Positions 19,975 to 27,701 of a stretch of DNA of 64,000 nucleotides are shown here, in pieces; the first letter of the stretch is position 1; each line of letters begins with the position of its first letter. The stretch is from positions 6,315 to 70,314 of the forward strand of contig CAJIYT010000006.1 in the NCBI GenBank assembly GCA_905181715.1, in the 5' to 3' direction. The notes under the pieces were generated by a model that made no database searches, had not been told where the DNA came from, and worked only from the letters and a program-made list of their open reading frames with translations. A program made the position numbers and the translations under genes. Origin of the DNA: an uncultured Candidatus Poseidoniales archaeon. GTDB taxonomy: Archaea; Thermoplasmatota; Poseidoniia; Poseidoniales; Poseidoniaceae.

Positions 19975-21099
19975 TTGAGGATAAGAGTTATTGCAATACT
20001 CGCGATTCTCATATTCTCAGCATCTTGGACTCCGATGACCTCAGCAAAGTCAGGCGGAGAAGGAGATGACATTCGTTCTATGCAATGCGGAGGATCATGT
20101 CATTCAGACCCGGCGCTTAATGCCACCAGTGCAGCAATGGTTTCTGTAGAGCAGCCGAGTTCGAAGTGGGCCGGCCTATTGACTACAGTCACTGTTAATA
20201 TCACCGATTTCCCAGAATCAGAGACACGAATAGTAGGCGTTTTCCTATTGACCAACGATCAAGGTGCCAAAGATACCCCTCAGCATGAGGGTTGGACAAT
20301 AGTTGCAGATCCAAACGGCGGAGTAGTGAATTATATCGAAACCAGAGTCTCTAACGGTGAAACCAGCGTCTCGGTAACTTGGACACTAAAAGCCCCAGTT
20401 GTTGCTGGGAACTATACTCTACTTGCTAGCATACACCACGGAGGAGTTGGAAATAGCGTTTCCATTCATGGTAATTCCTGGCCGATTTCTTTTACAATAG
20501 ATGAACCACCCGAAGACCTTCCACGACTAGCATCAACCTTTACTCCACCAAATACAAGATTAGTGAACCAAGAGACAATAATCACCCTTGAAACTGAAGA
20601 TGTTACTGATTATATTGTGGAGATGAGAGTTCCTGGCGCCCAATCGGTAACTCTTGACGTCGTCGAAGGTACTTTCACAATCCCCCCTGCAATCAATTCC
20701 GGTTCAATCGAATGGCGAGCAACACTTTCTGGAGTTGGGCCAGATCAACAGACCCCTTGGTTCACGTTGATAGCAAAGGAAGAAGGATGGCAATCAGATC
20801 GAGTAGAACTGTATTTGCAAGCTTTCTCTTTACTGTTTTTGATGACTGGTTTGGTTTTGGTAAGCAATAGGAAGCCTAGAGCGGAGAAAATTGATTTGGT
20901 TGGAGTTATGGGACTACCTCAGCCAGATATCACCGCACAGATAATTTCTGAACCACAGCAGCATTCAACCCCAGTTGTCGAACACAACCCCGTAATTTCC
21001 ACAATTCCTCCAGTGCCAATAGAAGGGCTACCGGCTGGTTGGACGATGGAGCAATGGCAACATTATGGCGAGCAATATCTTCAAGGAGGGTTGAGATGA
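19975..21099 (+). CDS. Secreted anchored protein: CGGSCH motif, Reeler-like domain, TM, cytoplasmic Pro-rich tail ending GLPAGWTMEQWQHYG
   Basis: TTG start preceded by SD GAGGTGAT and 1 nt after the upstream TAA; signal peptide; VTWTLKAP..AG.Y.L.A Reeler-like strand; TM LYLQAFSLLFLMTGLVLV. Confidence 0.78.
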   Translation: MRIRVIAILAILIFSASWTPMTSAKSGGEGDDIRSMQCGGSCHSDPALNATSAAMVSVEQPSSKWAGLLTTVTVNITDFPESETRIVGVFLLTNDQGAKDTPQHEGWTIVADPNGGVVNYIETRVSNGETSVSVTWTLKAPVVAGNYTLLASIHHGGVGNSVSIHGNSWPISFTIDEPPEDLPRLASTFTPPNTRLVNQETIITLETEDVTDYIVEMRVPGAQSVTLDVVEGTFTIPPAINSGSIEWRATLSGVGPDQQTPWFTLIAKEEGWQSDRVELYLQAFSLLFLMTGLVLVSNRKPRAEKIDLVGVMGLPQPDITAQIISEPQQHSTPVVEHNPVISTIPPVPIEGLPAGWTMEQWQHYGEQYLQGGLR

Positions 21100-21614
21100 T
21101 ATCAGCAGGCACCTTCCATGTGATCACTACCGAATTAGTAGTAGGAATGTTTGCATTAGCCGGTATCGCTTATCTGCTATTAGTTTTAGATAAAAAGCGA
21201 GAAACCGCAGATATAGTTGCACACTGGGCAATGTTAGGGGGATTGCTTGCTCTTCCTCTAACAATCATTTTTGGGATATATGCAAACCCAACAGAGCAGA
21301 TTAGTAATCAATTATTGGCTAATAAGGTTCTATTGTCTTTTTCAGCACTTGGTATTTCAGTGGGTGTTTTGCTTAATCGTTGGCTCAATAAGGGTCCAAT
21401 CTCCGGCAGGTTACACCCTTCGATTGGAATGGTTGCATGCGGGATGATACTATTGGTTGCTTCTTTAGGAGGAATGTACACCCGCGGAGAATCATTATTG
21501 TTCTTCTTACCCAAGGATATCGTGCTGATATTCCCTGTATGGGCTAGCACGATTCTATTGTTGATGGGCCTGATGCTTATTTCAAAATCAGCCGTAGATC
21601 ATCGACGAGGCTGA
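21096..21614 (+). CDS. DUF2231-like multi-pass membrane protein
   Basis: ATGA overlap with the upstream stop. FHVITTELVVG / AHWAMLGGLLALPLTIIFG / LVASLGGMYTRG align with the DUF2231 helix pattern, but two typical His are replaced. Confidence 0.6.
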   Translation: MISAGTFHVITTELVVGMFALAGIAYLLLVLDKKRETADIVAHWAMLGGLLALPLTIIFGIYANPTEQISNQLLANKVLLSFSALGISVGVLLNRWLNKGPISGRLHPSIGMVACGMILLVASLGGMYTRGESLLFFLPKDIVLIFPVWASTILLLMGLMLISKSAVDHRRG

Positions 21615-22394
21615 AGAACTAGTTTCAGTTTCACCAGTGCCTTCTACCATTGAACGCACCTGCTCTTCGATTCTCTCTGCTTCTTCGAGTAATGGTGCGT
21701 GATCGAGATCGATGGCAGGTAATAATTCATTGAGATGACTGATTAGAGTGGCTGCTGCTCTAGCATCAGGGATTGTCGGGTCAGCCTCAACCATGATGCT
21801 CATGATATCCAATCCTCTTCTCCGACCTTCGCCAAGAAGGACGCCAGTAATGCCTTTGATTACACCCTGTTCAAGCGGTTTAATGCCCAAAGAACCTATT
21901 AATTCACGCATTTTAACCGTCGAACCGACACCGAGAACACTGATATCGTCACTATCTTCGTATTCTACAACCGGTTCTTGGCCATTCATCGTACTCTTCA
22001 TTCCTTGTTTGGCAAAAGCATCGATAAGAACTCCAACTGCAAGGTCGGCACTCTTTGACCAATTGAATAGCGCATCAACGATACCGTGAACCAAGGGTTC
22101 TGGAACAATTAGTTCAGACATCAATAAAATTACCTTATCACATTTGGTTAGTTTCGGCGAGCAGATAGGTGTCCCGGCATAAGCGCGAATAGGCGGCAAA
22201 GGTTCACCATCCTGAACTAGGCAAAGTGGCGGGAGGTGAGGGTCGATTACACCACCCACAAATTCTAATTCCAATTTTTCAATTAGATAATGCGCGACGA
22301 TGCTTGAGACCATGCCAACAGATGGAAAACAACAGAAAATAGTTGCATCTTTGGTATCAACTAGGTCACTAATCTTAACAATCGCTTCGGCCAT
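21588..22394 (-). CDS. PAC2 family (proteasome assembly chaperone-like) protein
   Basis: CCFPSVGMVSSIVAHYLIEKL, PPIRAY, GVIKGITGVLL, PDARAAATLI, IDLDHAPLLEEAERIE; true start taken as the ATG at 22394. Confidence 0.9.
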   Translation of the reverse strand: MAEAIVKISDLVDTKDATIFCCFPSVGMVSSIVAHYLIEKLELEFVGGVIDPHLPPLCLVQDGEPLPPIRAYAGTPICSPKLTKCDKVILLMSELIVPEPLVHGIVDALFNWSKSADLAVGVLIDAFAKQGMKSTMNGQEPVVEYEDSDDISVLGVGSTVKMRELIGSLGIKPLEQGVIKGITGVLLGEGRRRGLDIMSIMVEADPTIPDARAAATLISHLNELLPAIDLDHAPLLEEAERIEEQVRSMVEGTGETETSSSASSMIYG

Positions 22395-22485
22395 GTTCCG
22401 GCCACGGTTCGTATTGCGTATGAACGTCACTACCTTTCGGTCTAGCCCAAGAGAGGCTTGATGACGGAGGAGTTGATGGCCGAAC

Positions 22486-23637
22486 ATGACCGAATCGGAA
22501 GTTGTATCACATACGCTTTCGCCATCAGCATGGAATCGATTCGAGACATGCCCGCGGCAATATTGGCTCAGCCGGCAAAAACTACCGCGTAAGGCCGGTA
22601 TGGCCGCTAGCCTTGGTACCATAGTCCATGCCTCCATTGAGGATTTATTGCAAATGGATTTGTCAGGTCGAGATGATCTTGAGATTGGATGGCTCGGCTC
22701 TACTGGTGAGAAGTTCTTGCGTCAGCGTTGGGAAGAAGAGAAGGAGATTTTCCATAACACCCCACGTAGGCCTAAATGGAAAGAAGAGGATTTTCCCAAA
22801 GCAAAGCGCCAGCAACGAGGAGCAATCCGTATGCTCTTACGTTTTATTGACTCGCCCGAAATTTCCAACGATAAAGTTTCAATTGCTCATTGGCGTAAAT
22901 TGCATTCACGGGTTATTGCCGTAGAAGGTGAATTGCGAACAGCCGACGACCGCCTCATGGGCCGATTGGACATGTTATTGGCAGATGTCGACGAAAAGGG
23001 AAACCTTCGCTCTTGGGTTGTTGCCGATCTAAAGACAGGAAGGGTGCCCGAAGGAGGAATTCTCAAACCCGAAGTTCATCGACAATTACTCCTTTATCGC
23101 GATATTCTTGGTTCGAATAATCAGAACGCACCTCCAATACGCGCAGAGGGTTGGTACACCGATGACGCTGGTATTTACACGGCCGAAGGAGATTCGGTGA
23201 TGGAAGCCGCTCTCAAAGCGTGGGAAGCGACGAAACCGAGCGAGACCCCCCTTGAAGCAACACCAGGAGAGAAATCCTGTGGTGGATTTTGCGATTGGAA
23301 AGCATGGTGCCCGCATTGGTGGAATTGGCGAGCCAAAGGCGGAGGAAGCAATTCTGATTTCAAAGACATCGTGGTATTATTGCAACATTACGATTCAGTC
23401 TCAGGTGGAGGAGTTGCTGAGATGTGCGAACCTGCAGATGAATCCGGAAGGGTGTTGCCCACGGGTTTACAGATGGCTATAAATTTCGATAATAGAGGAA
23501 AAGAAGCTCTCGAGGAGTTGCTTGAAAGCGGACATAAAGGTCCACTTTTCATAGGAAGTGCAATGATGAAACGTGGCACCTGTCGTGTGGGGCATTGGTG
23601 TGATGTCCTCGCTTGGTCACCCATTCCTGATGCTTGA
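22486..23637 (+). CDS. PD-(D/E)XK nuclease, Cas4/AddB-like, with a 4-Cys Fe-S staple
   Basis: LSPSAWNRFETCPRQY, GTIVH, GRLD, ADLKTG, QLLLY, CGGFCDWKAWCP. Confidence 0.88.
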   Translation: MTESEVVSHTLSPSAWNRFETCPRQYWLSRQKLPRKAGMAASLGTIVHASIEDLLQMDLSGRDDLEIGWLGSTGEKFLRQRWEEEKEIFHNTPRRPKWKEEDFPKAKRQQRGAIRMLLRFIDSPEISNDKVSIAHWRKLHSRVIAVEGELRTADDRLMGRLDMLLADVDEKGNLRSWVVADLKTGRVPEGGILKPEVHRQLLLYRDILGSNNQNAPPIRAEGWYTDDAGIYTAEGDSVMEAALKAWEATKPSETPLEATPGEKSCGGFCDWKAWCPHWWNWRAKGGGSNSDFKDIVVLLQHYDSVSGGGVAEMCEPADESGRVLPTGLQMAINFDNRGKEALEELLESGHKGPLFIGSAMMKRGTCRVGHWCDVLAWSPIPDA

Positions 23638-24450
23638 AATATATTCTTTCAACTTGCTCCGCGCTTCATCATCTTCGATACCATTAGGCGAGAGAAGCCA
23701 ATCGATGTATCCAGAATCGTCATCAATTATTTGCGAGACATCTTTGCCCCTGTGACGTCCAAAAGAAAGAACCAATCCTTCACCATCGATACGAATTCTT
23801 CCAAGTGGATCTAAGGTTTCCAAATCATCCATTCCACGACCTAACTCTGAAGCATCATCGCGAACATCACCGTGCATTAACCAACTTTCAACATCCTCGA
23901 TTGAGCGACGAAAGGGAGCGGGGTTTTCTTGCATCAATTTCCACAGTAATAGCAAACTCGCTGCAGCATCAGCAGCAGCGTCGTGAGCATTTCTCAAGTC
24001 TATGCCATAACGTTGACATTGAGCCGAAAGGCGATGTGGTCTGGCGATTTTCAATCTCCTCACCAATTCTAAGGTGTCGATTACGACTTTGGGTTCAGGA
24101 GGAGATTTACCACAACGAAGAAACTCCTTATCCAGCAACGGCAAATCGAATCTCCTCACATTATGACCAACTATCACAGCACCATCTATCAAATCAAAGG
24201 CCTTTTGCGAGAAGGCGGAGAATAGCGGTTGCTCCCTGACATCAGAATCCATGATTCCGTGAACCGCTGATGCTCCGGGTGGAATCGGCCTTTGTGGATT
24301 TACCAAGGCTTCCCAAGTGATCGGAGAATCATCTTCCATCGAACCAAGCAATGCGATTTGAACTATTCGATCACGATTAGTCGATACGCCAGTGGTTTCC
24401 AGATCTAGTGCCAAGACCCTCTGTCCTGACAACATCTCGGTTACCATCAT
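23617..24450 (-). CDS. DEDDh 3'-5' exonuclease (DnaQ / Pol III epsilon-like) with ExoX-type C-terminal domain
   Basis: DLETTG, DRIVQIA, VGHNVRRFD, HDAAADA; tail LSFGRHRGKDVSQIIDDDSGYIDWLL. Confidence 0.9.
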   Translation of the reverse strand: MMVTEMLSGQRVLALDLETTGVSTNRDRIVQIALLGSMEDDSPITWEALVNPQRPIPPGASAVHGIMDSDVREQPLFSAFSQKAFDLIDGAVIVGHNVRRFDLPLLDKEFLRCGKSPPEPKVVIDTLELVRRLKIARPHRLSAQCQRYGIDLRNAHDAAADAAASLLLLWKLMQENPAPFRRSIEDVESWLMHGDVRDDASELGRGMDDLETLDPLGRIRIDGEGLVLSFGRHRGKDVSQIIDDDSGYIDWLLSPNGIEDDEARSKLKEYISSIRNG

Positions 24451-24522
24451 CTGGGCCAATCTGCCCTGATGCTTCAACCCCTCTACACAAGAATCATTAC
24501 CGAGATAACCGAATTCTAGTTC

Positions 24523-24879
24523 ATGGGCATCAGAGACTGGTTCAAGCGACCCGAACCAGTTCCGGTTCCAACATTTGCTGAAACAGAGGCTCTAGCGGAG
24601 AAAGAGTTAGCCAAGGAATATTCCGAATCGTTCGAGGATGGAGTCAACCAAGCTATCGATTTGCTCGATGGAGAAGAGGAGAAGTTAGTCGAACCCGAAG
24701 TAGAATCACCGGCTAAAGAATATGATGTTGGAGATATTGAGGTAGACGTTCTCTTAGACGATGAAATGAGTTCCAATGTTGAAATCAATGTAGTCAACCA
24801 TATCGATATCAACGAATTGGAATCTCCACTTGAGAACGCAGAGATAGTCGGCGACATCTCTCAAGAAGTCGATATGTGA
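24523..24879 (+). CDS. Hypothetical highly acidic protein
   Basis: 118 aa, very E/D-rich, N-terminal MGIRDWFKR; fills the gap between two genes. Confidence 0.65.
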   Translation: MGIRDWFKRPEPVPVPTFAETEALAEKELAKEYSESFEDGVNQAIDLLDGEEEKLVEPEVESPAKEYDVGDIEVDVLLDDEMSSNVEINVVNHIDINELESPLENAEIVGDISQEVDM

Positions 24880-24935
24880 CCAAACATGGACGCGCGCCCG
24901 TCATCATTAGATAGGAGCGCGTTGGACATACGCCT

Positions 24936-26105
24936 ATGTCAGCGAGGAGAGAATGGCTCCTCCTGCTCACAACCCTGCTCCTCTTTGCACCAGGATGCAC
25001 CCAAGTATTGGAATTAACAGTCCAACCGCGCGCTGTACTTACCGCTAACCCAGTCAGTATCCAGGAAGGGGAAATGGTCGGCTTTGATGCTAGGGACTCG
25101 GATGCAGTCGAGGGCGTAATCTCCGAGTTTCGCTGGAATTTTGGTGACGGTAGCACCCAGACCACCATCTCAGGATACACCTCTCATCTCTACGAGGATA
25201 ATGGCATATTCATAGTTGAATTAGTAGTGATGAACGATCAAGGAGGAGAGGATAGTACTACTGTTACGGTAAAGGTCAACGGAGCACCACTTCTCAATCT
25301 CAGTATACCAGATGAAGTTAGAGCAGGCGATATCGCTTTACTCGACGCAAGTGATTCAACAGATCCTGAAGGAGTGCCTCTTGCCTATGTTTGGGACTTA
25401 GATACCAACACAGATAGTGACGGCGATGGAAATGCGGCAAACGATGTCGACGCGACCGCACAAAAGGTCTACCTCGATACCAATCAAAGCACTACCATCA
25501 GCGGATTGTTGACCATAGATGATGGGCAAGGAGGAATAACCTCGGAACCATTCATAATCGATGTTCTTACAAGGAAGTATCAAGTTACCTGGCAAACCAA
25601 AGAATTGACTTGGGAGTGGAATGATTATCTTGAGCAGGGAGAGGTTTGGCAGAGTAGTATGTTTCCAGGAGATGGAACCCGCATTATGTCTTATCATGCA
25701 TTACTAGAATTGGATAATGATTTACCGCCTGCTGATAATTTCACTTTGGAATTGAAAATGATAGATGATGGTTATTCTAAATCTAATGCTACCGAGCCGG
25801 GAAACATTACGCAAAATGACCCAATAAAGGCTGAATTATCTGATGATGACATCAATCCAGCAGGCGTCTCTGAAGAATACGAGGCTGATTCTGAGCAGGA
25901 ATTACTTGAAAGACTCTTGGGGATGAACGATGCAGATGCAGGACAAGGCGAATGGATTTGTTATGTGGTTGCCGACCAGACAGAGCCAGACCCTGCAATC
26001 CCAATTCCTGGAACCGATCTTGATACTGGAAATAATTGGACACTGTCTCTAACTGTTACCGTTCAAATCCCTGTTCTGAAGGAAATCGCTTACGATCAGT
26101 CTTGA
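24936..26105 (+). CDS. PKD-domain lipoprotein
   Basis: Lipobox-like LLLFAPGC; FDARDS.....F.WNFGDG PKD signature; second PKD LDASDSTDPEG..L.YVWD. Confidence 0.85.
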   Translation: MSARREWLLLLTTLLLFAPGCTQVLELTVQPRAVLTANPVSIQEGEMVGFDARDSDAVEGVISEFRWNFGDGSTQTTISGYTSHLYEDNGIFIVELVVMNDQGGEDSTTVTVKVNGAPLLNLSIPDEVRAGDIALLDASDSTDPEGVPLAYVWDLDTNTDSDGDGNAANDVDATAQKVYLDTNQSTTISGLLTIDDGQGGITSEPFIIDVLTRKYQVTWQTKELTWEWNDYLEQGEVWQSSMFPGDGTRIMSYHALLELDNDLPPADNFTLELKMIDDGYSKSNATEPGNITQNDPIKAELSDDDINPAGVSEEYEADSEQELLERLLGMNDADAGQGEWICYVVADQTEPDPAIPIPGTDLDTGNNWTLSLTVTVQIPVLKEIAYDQS

Positions 26106-26452
26106 AACGAGACCGGCTGAACCGATTTCCAATTTGCAGTTGCTAACTTTTTTGCCTTACCATCTGCGATAATCGGGTGGATACTGTTGAGGCGACCATG
26201 CATACCATGGACTTGAAATTTAACTCGCAACTCAATGCGACCATCTCTCTGAGCGATTTCGAGCTGATTTTCATCTAACTCATGATTTGCCATGCTATCT
26301 TCGCCATCAGCGTTTCGAACCGAAAGAGTGGTCCCACTGATTGAAAGACGTGGTTTGAAATCGTGGTCATCAGGGTGATTCATCCACACATTCAAATCTA
26401 CAGAGAGTAAATCTCTTGTGTTAATACGGGTAATTGAAATCGTATCCACCAT
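26096..26452 (-). CDS. Hypothetical protein
   Basis: Plausible beta-rich ORF; ATG at 26452 preferred; 3' end overlaps the PKD gene. Confidence 0.65.
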   Translation of the reverse strand: MVDTISITRINTRDLLSVDLNVWMNHPDDHDFKPRLSISGTTLSVRNADGEDSMANHELDENQLEIAQRDGRIELRVKFQVHGMHGRLNSIHPIIADGKAKKLATANWKSVQPVSFQD

Positions 26453-26560
26453 CGCAATCAACCCCCCCCATCGGGCGGACATTGATGGGTCTTTCCATTG
26501 CTAGAAGTACTTGGGACGCCCCGGGTTTCTTTGATATGGAAGGAAAATGAATCTCGACTT

Positions 26561-26845
26561 ATGTCACCCCCAACAATAGGTAAAGGCGCACAAAAGAAAG
26601 CACGATTGAAAAGACTGATAGATGAGGTTAAACGCTTTGTATATGCAAATCCTGGTTGTTCAGCCCAAACGATTGCAGCATCACTTTCCATCGACCGCAA
26701 TATGCGTAACCACGGATTGACCCCTCGTAAGATTGGATTTTTTATTCCCCGGCATCTAAAGACACATCTAACCTGGTGGTATGATTACAATGCTGGCCGT
26801 CGTGTTTACGCCCCAATACCAGAAAATGATGAGACGACAATGTGA
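26561..26845 (+). CDS. Small basic winged-helix-like protein
   Basis: LIDEVKRFVYANPGCSAQTIAASL...TPRKIGFFI...GRRVY; ATG at 26561 preferred. Confidence 0.6.
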   Translation: MSPPTIGKGAQKKARLKRLIDEVKRFVYANPGCSAQTIAASLSIDRNMRNHGLTPRKIGFFIPRHLKTHLTWWYDYNAGRRVYAPIPENDETTM

Positions 26846-26871
26846 TGTGTGTCTTGCCAATCGCTGGAGGC

Positions 26872-27534
26872 ATGGGAGAGGTTGCAGCTTATTTCGATCT
26901 CGACGGCACCCTTCTCGATGCTAGTAGCGAAAAGACACTGACCGCGCACTTGCTAAAGAAACAACCATGGCGCATATTGATCACAACTCCGGCATGGACT
27001 CTCCGCTTGCTAATTGGTTTACTAAGTGGAAAGTCATTTTATGATGCAGCAAGAAATCGCGGTCACTTTACTTTAGCTAAATGGCAGACTCTCGAAGATT
27101 ATTCCAATATCCTTGTAAAATCTAAATTGGCAACTAAAATACCCGAAGAGGCCAAAGAGAGAATTGAATGGCATAGGCAACAAGGTCACCGATTGGTATT
27201 GGTAACAGCGACAGTTGCGCCTATGGCTGAAGCAATGGCCAAAGAGTTAGCAATGGATACAGTATACGGTTGTGGACCGGGAAATAGAGACGGCATTATC
27301 TCGGGTAGTGAGAAAGGTTGGTCCGTACCACGTAGAAAGGGAAAGGCTCCTATCGTGCAAAAGGACGCAGAAGAGAACAGTCACGATTTGGCACAGTGCT
27401 GGGCTTATGGTAATACTATGGCAGACTCATGGTTCATGCGTATCTGTGGTAATCCTTGTGCAGTTAATGCTGAATCAGCACTGCTCAAGATGGCCAACGA
27501 ACAAGACTGGCAGAATTTTTCATGGCGTATTTGA
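26872..27534 (+). CDS. HAD-IB family hydrolase (SerB/PGPPase-like)
   Basis: YFDLDGTL motif I, LVLVTAT motif II, GKA, AYGNTMADSWFM motif IV variant. Confidence 0.9.
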   Translation: MGEVAAYFDLDGTLLDASSEKTLTAHLLKKQPWRILITTPAWTLRLLIGLLSGKSFYDAARNRGHFTLAKWQTLEDYSNILVKSKLATKIPEEAKERIEWHRQQGHRLVLVTATVAPMAEAMAKELAMDTVYGCGPGNRDGIISGSEKGWSVPRRKGKAPIVQKDAEENSHDLAQCWAYGNTMADSWFMRICGNPCAVNAESALLKMANEQDWQNFSWRI

Positions 27535-27548
27535 GCCATGCGTCGCGC

Positions 27549-27573
27549 TTATATCAGGAGGGCCGGTGGCCGG
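27549..27573 (+). promoter_or_regulatory. Putative tRNA-Arg(GCG) promoter (TTATAT ... GTGGCCGG)
   Basis: TTATAT starts 32 nt before the tRNA 5' end. Confidence 0.45.
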
Positions 27574-27580
27574 AATCCAA

Positions 27581-27654
27581 GGCCCCATAGTGTAGCCTGG
27601 ATATCACAGTGGCTTGCGGAGCCACGAACCCGTGTTCGAATCGCGGTGGGGCCG
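27581..27654 (+). tRNA. tRNA-Arg(GCG)
   Basis: Acceptor GGCCCCA/TGGGGCC, anticodon arm GTGGC-TT GCG GA-GCCAC, T arm CCGTG-TTCGAAT-CGCGG. Confidence 0.95.
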
Positions 27655-27701
27655 CTTAAGTAAACCGTAGAATTATATGCGACCGTTTTTCCCAGCGGCC
27701 T

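Noticed and set aside
22395-22637. Long N-terminal extensions given by the ORF track (PAC2 gene; also 33477, 41288, 46190, 47994, 21039, 19927)
   Set aside because: They overlap neighbouring genes or promoters; downstream starts with SD motifs or family-typical N-termini fit better.
22486-23637. Possible CRISPR-Cas locus because of the Cas4-like nuclease
   Set aside because: I found no repeat-spacer array and no cas1, cas2 or effector genes anywhere in the window.
17410-27654. Shared tRNA-Arg 3' halves as attL/attR of an integrated element
   Set aside because: Both copies are complete tRNAs with different anticodons; the interval holds housekeeping-type genes and no integrase.
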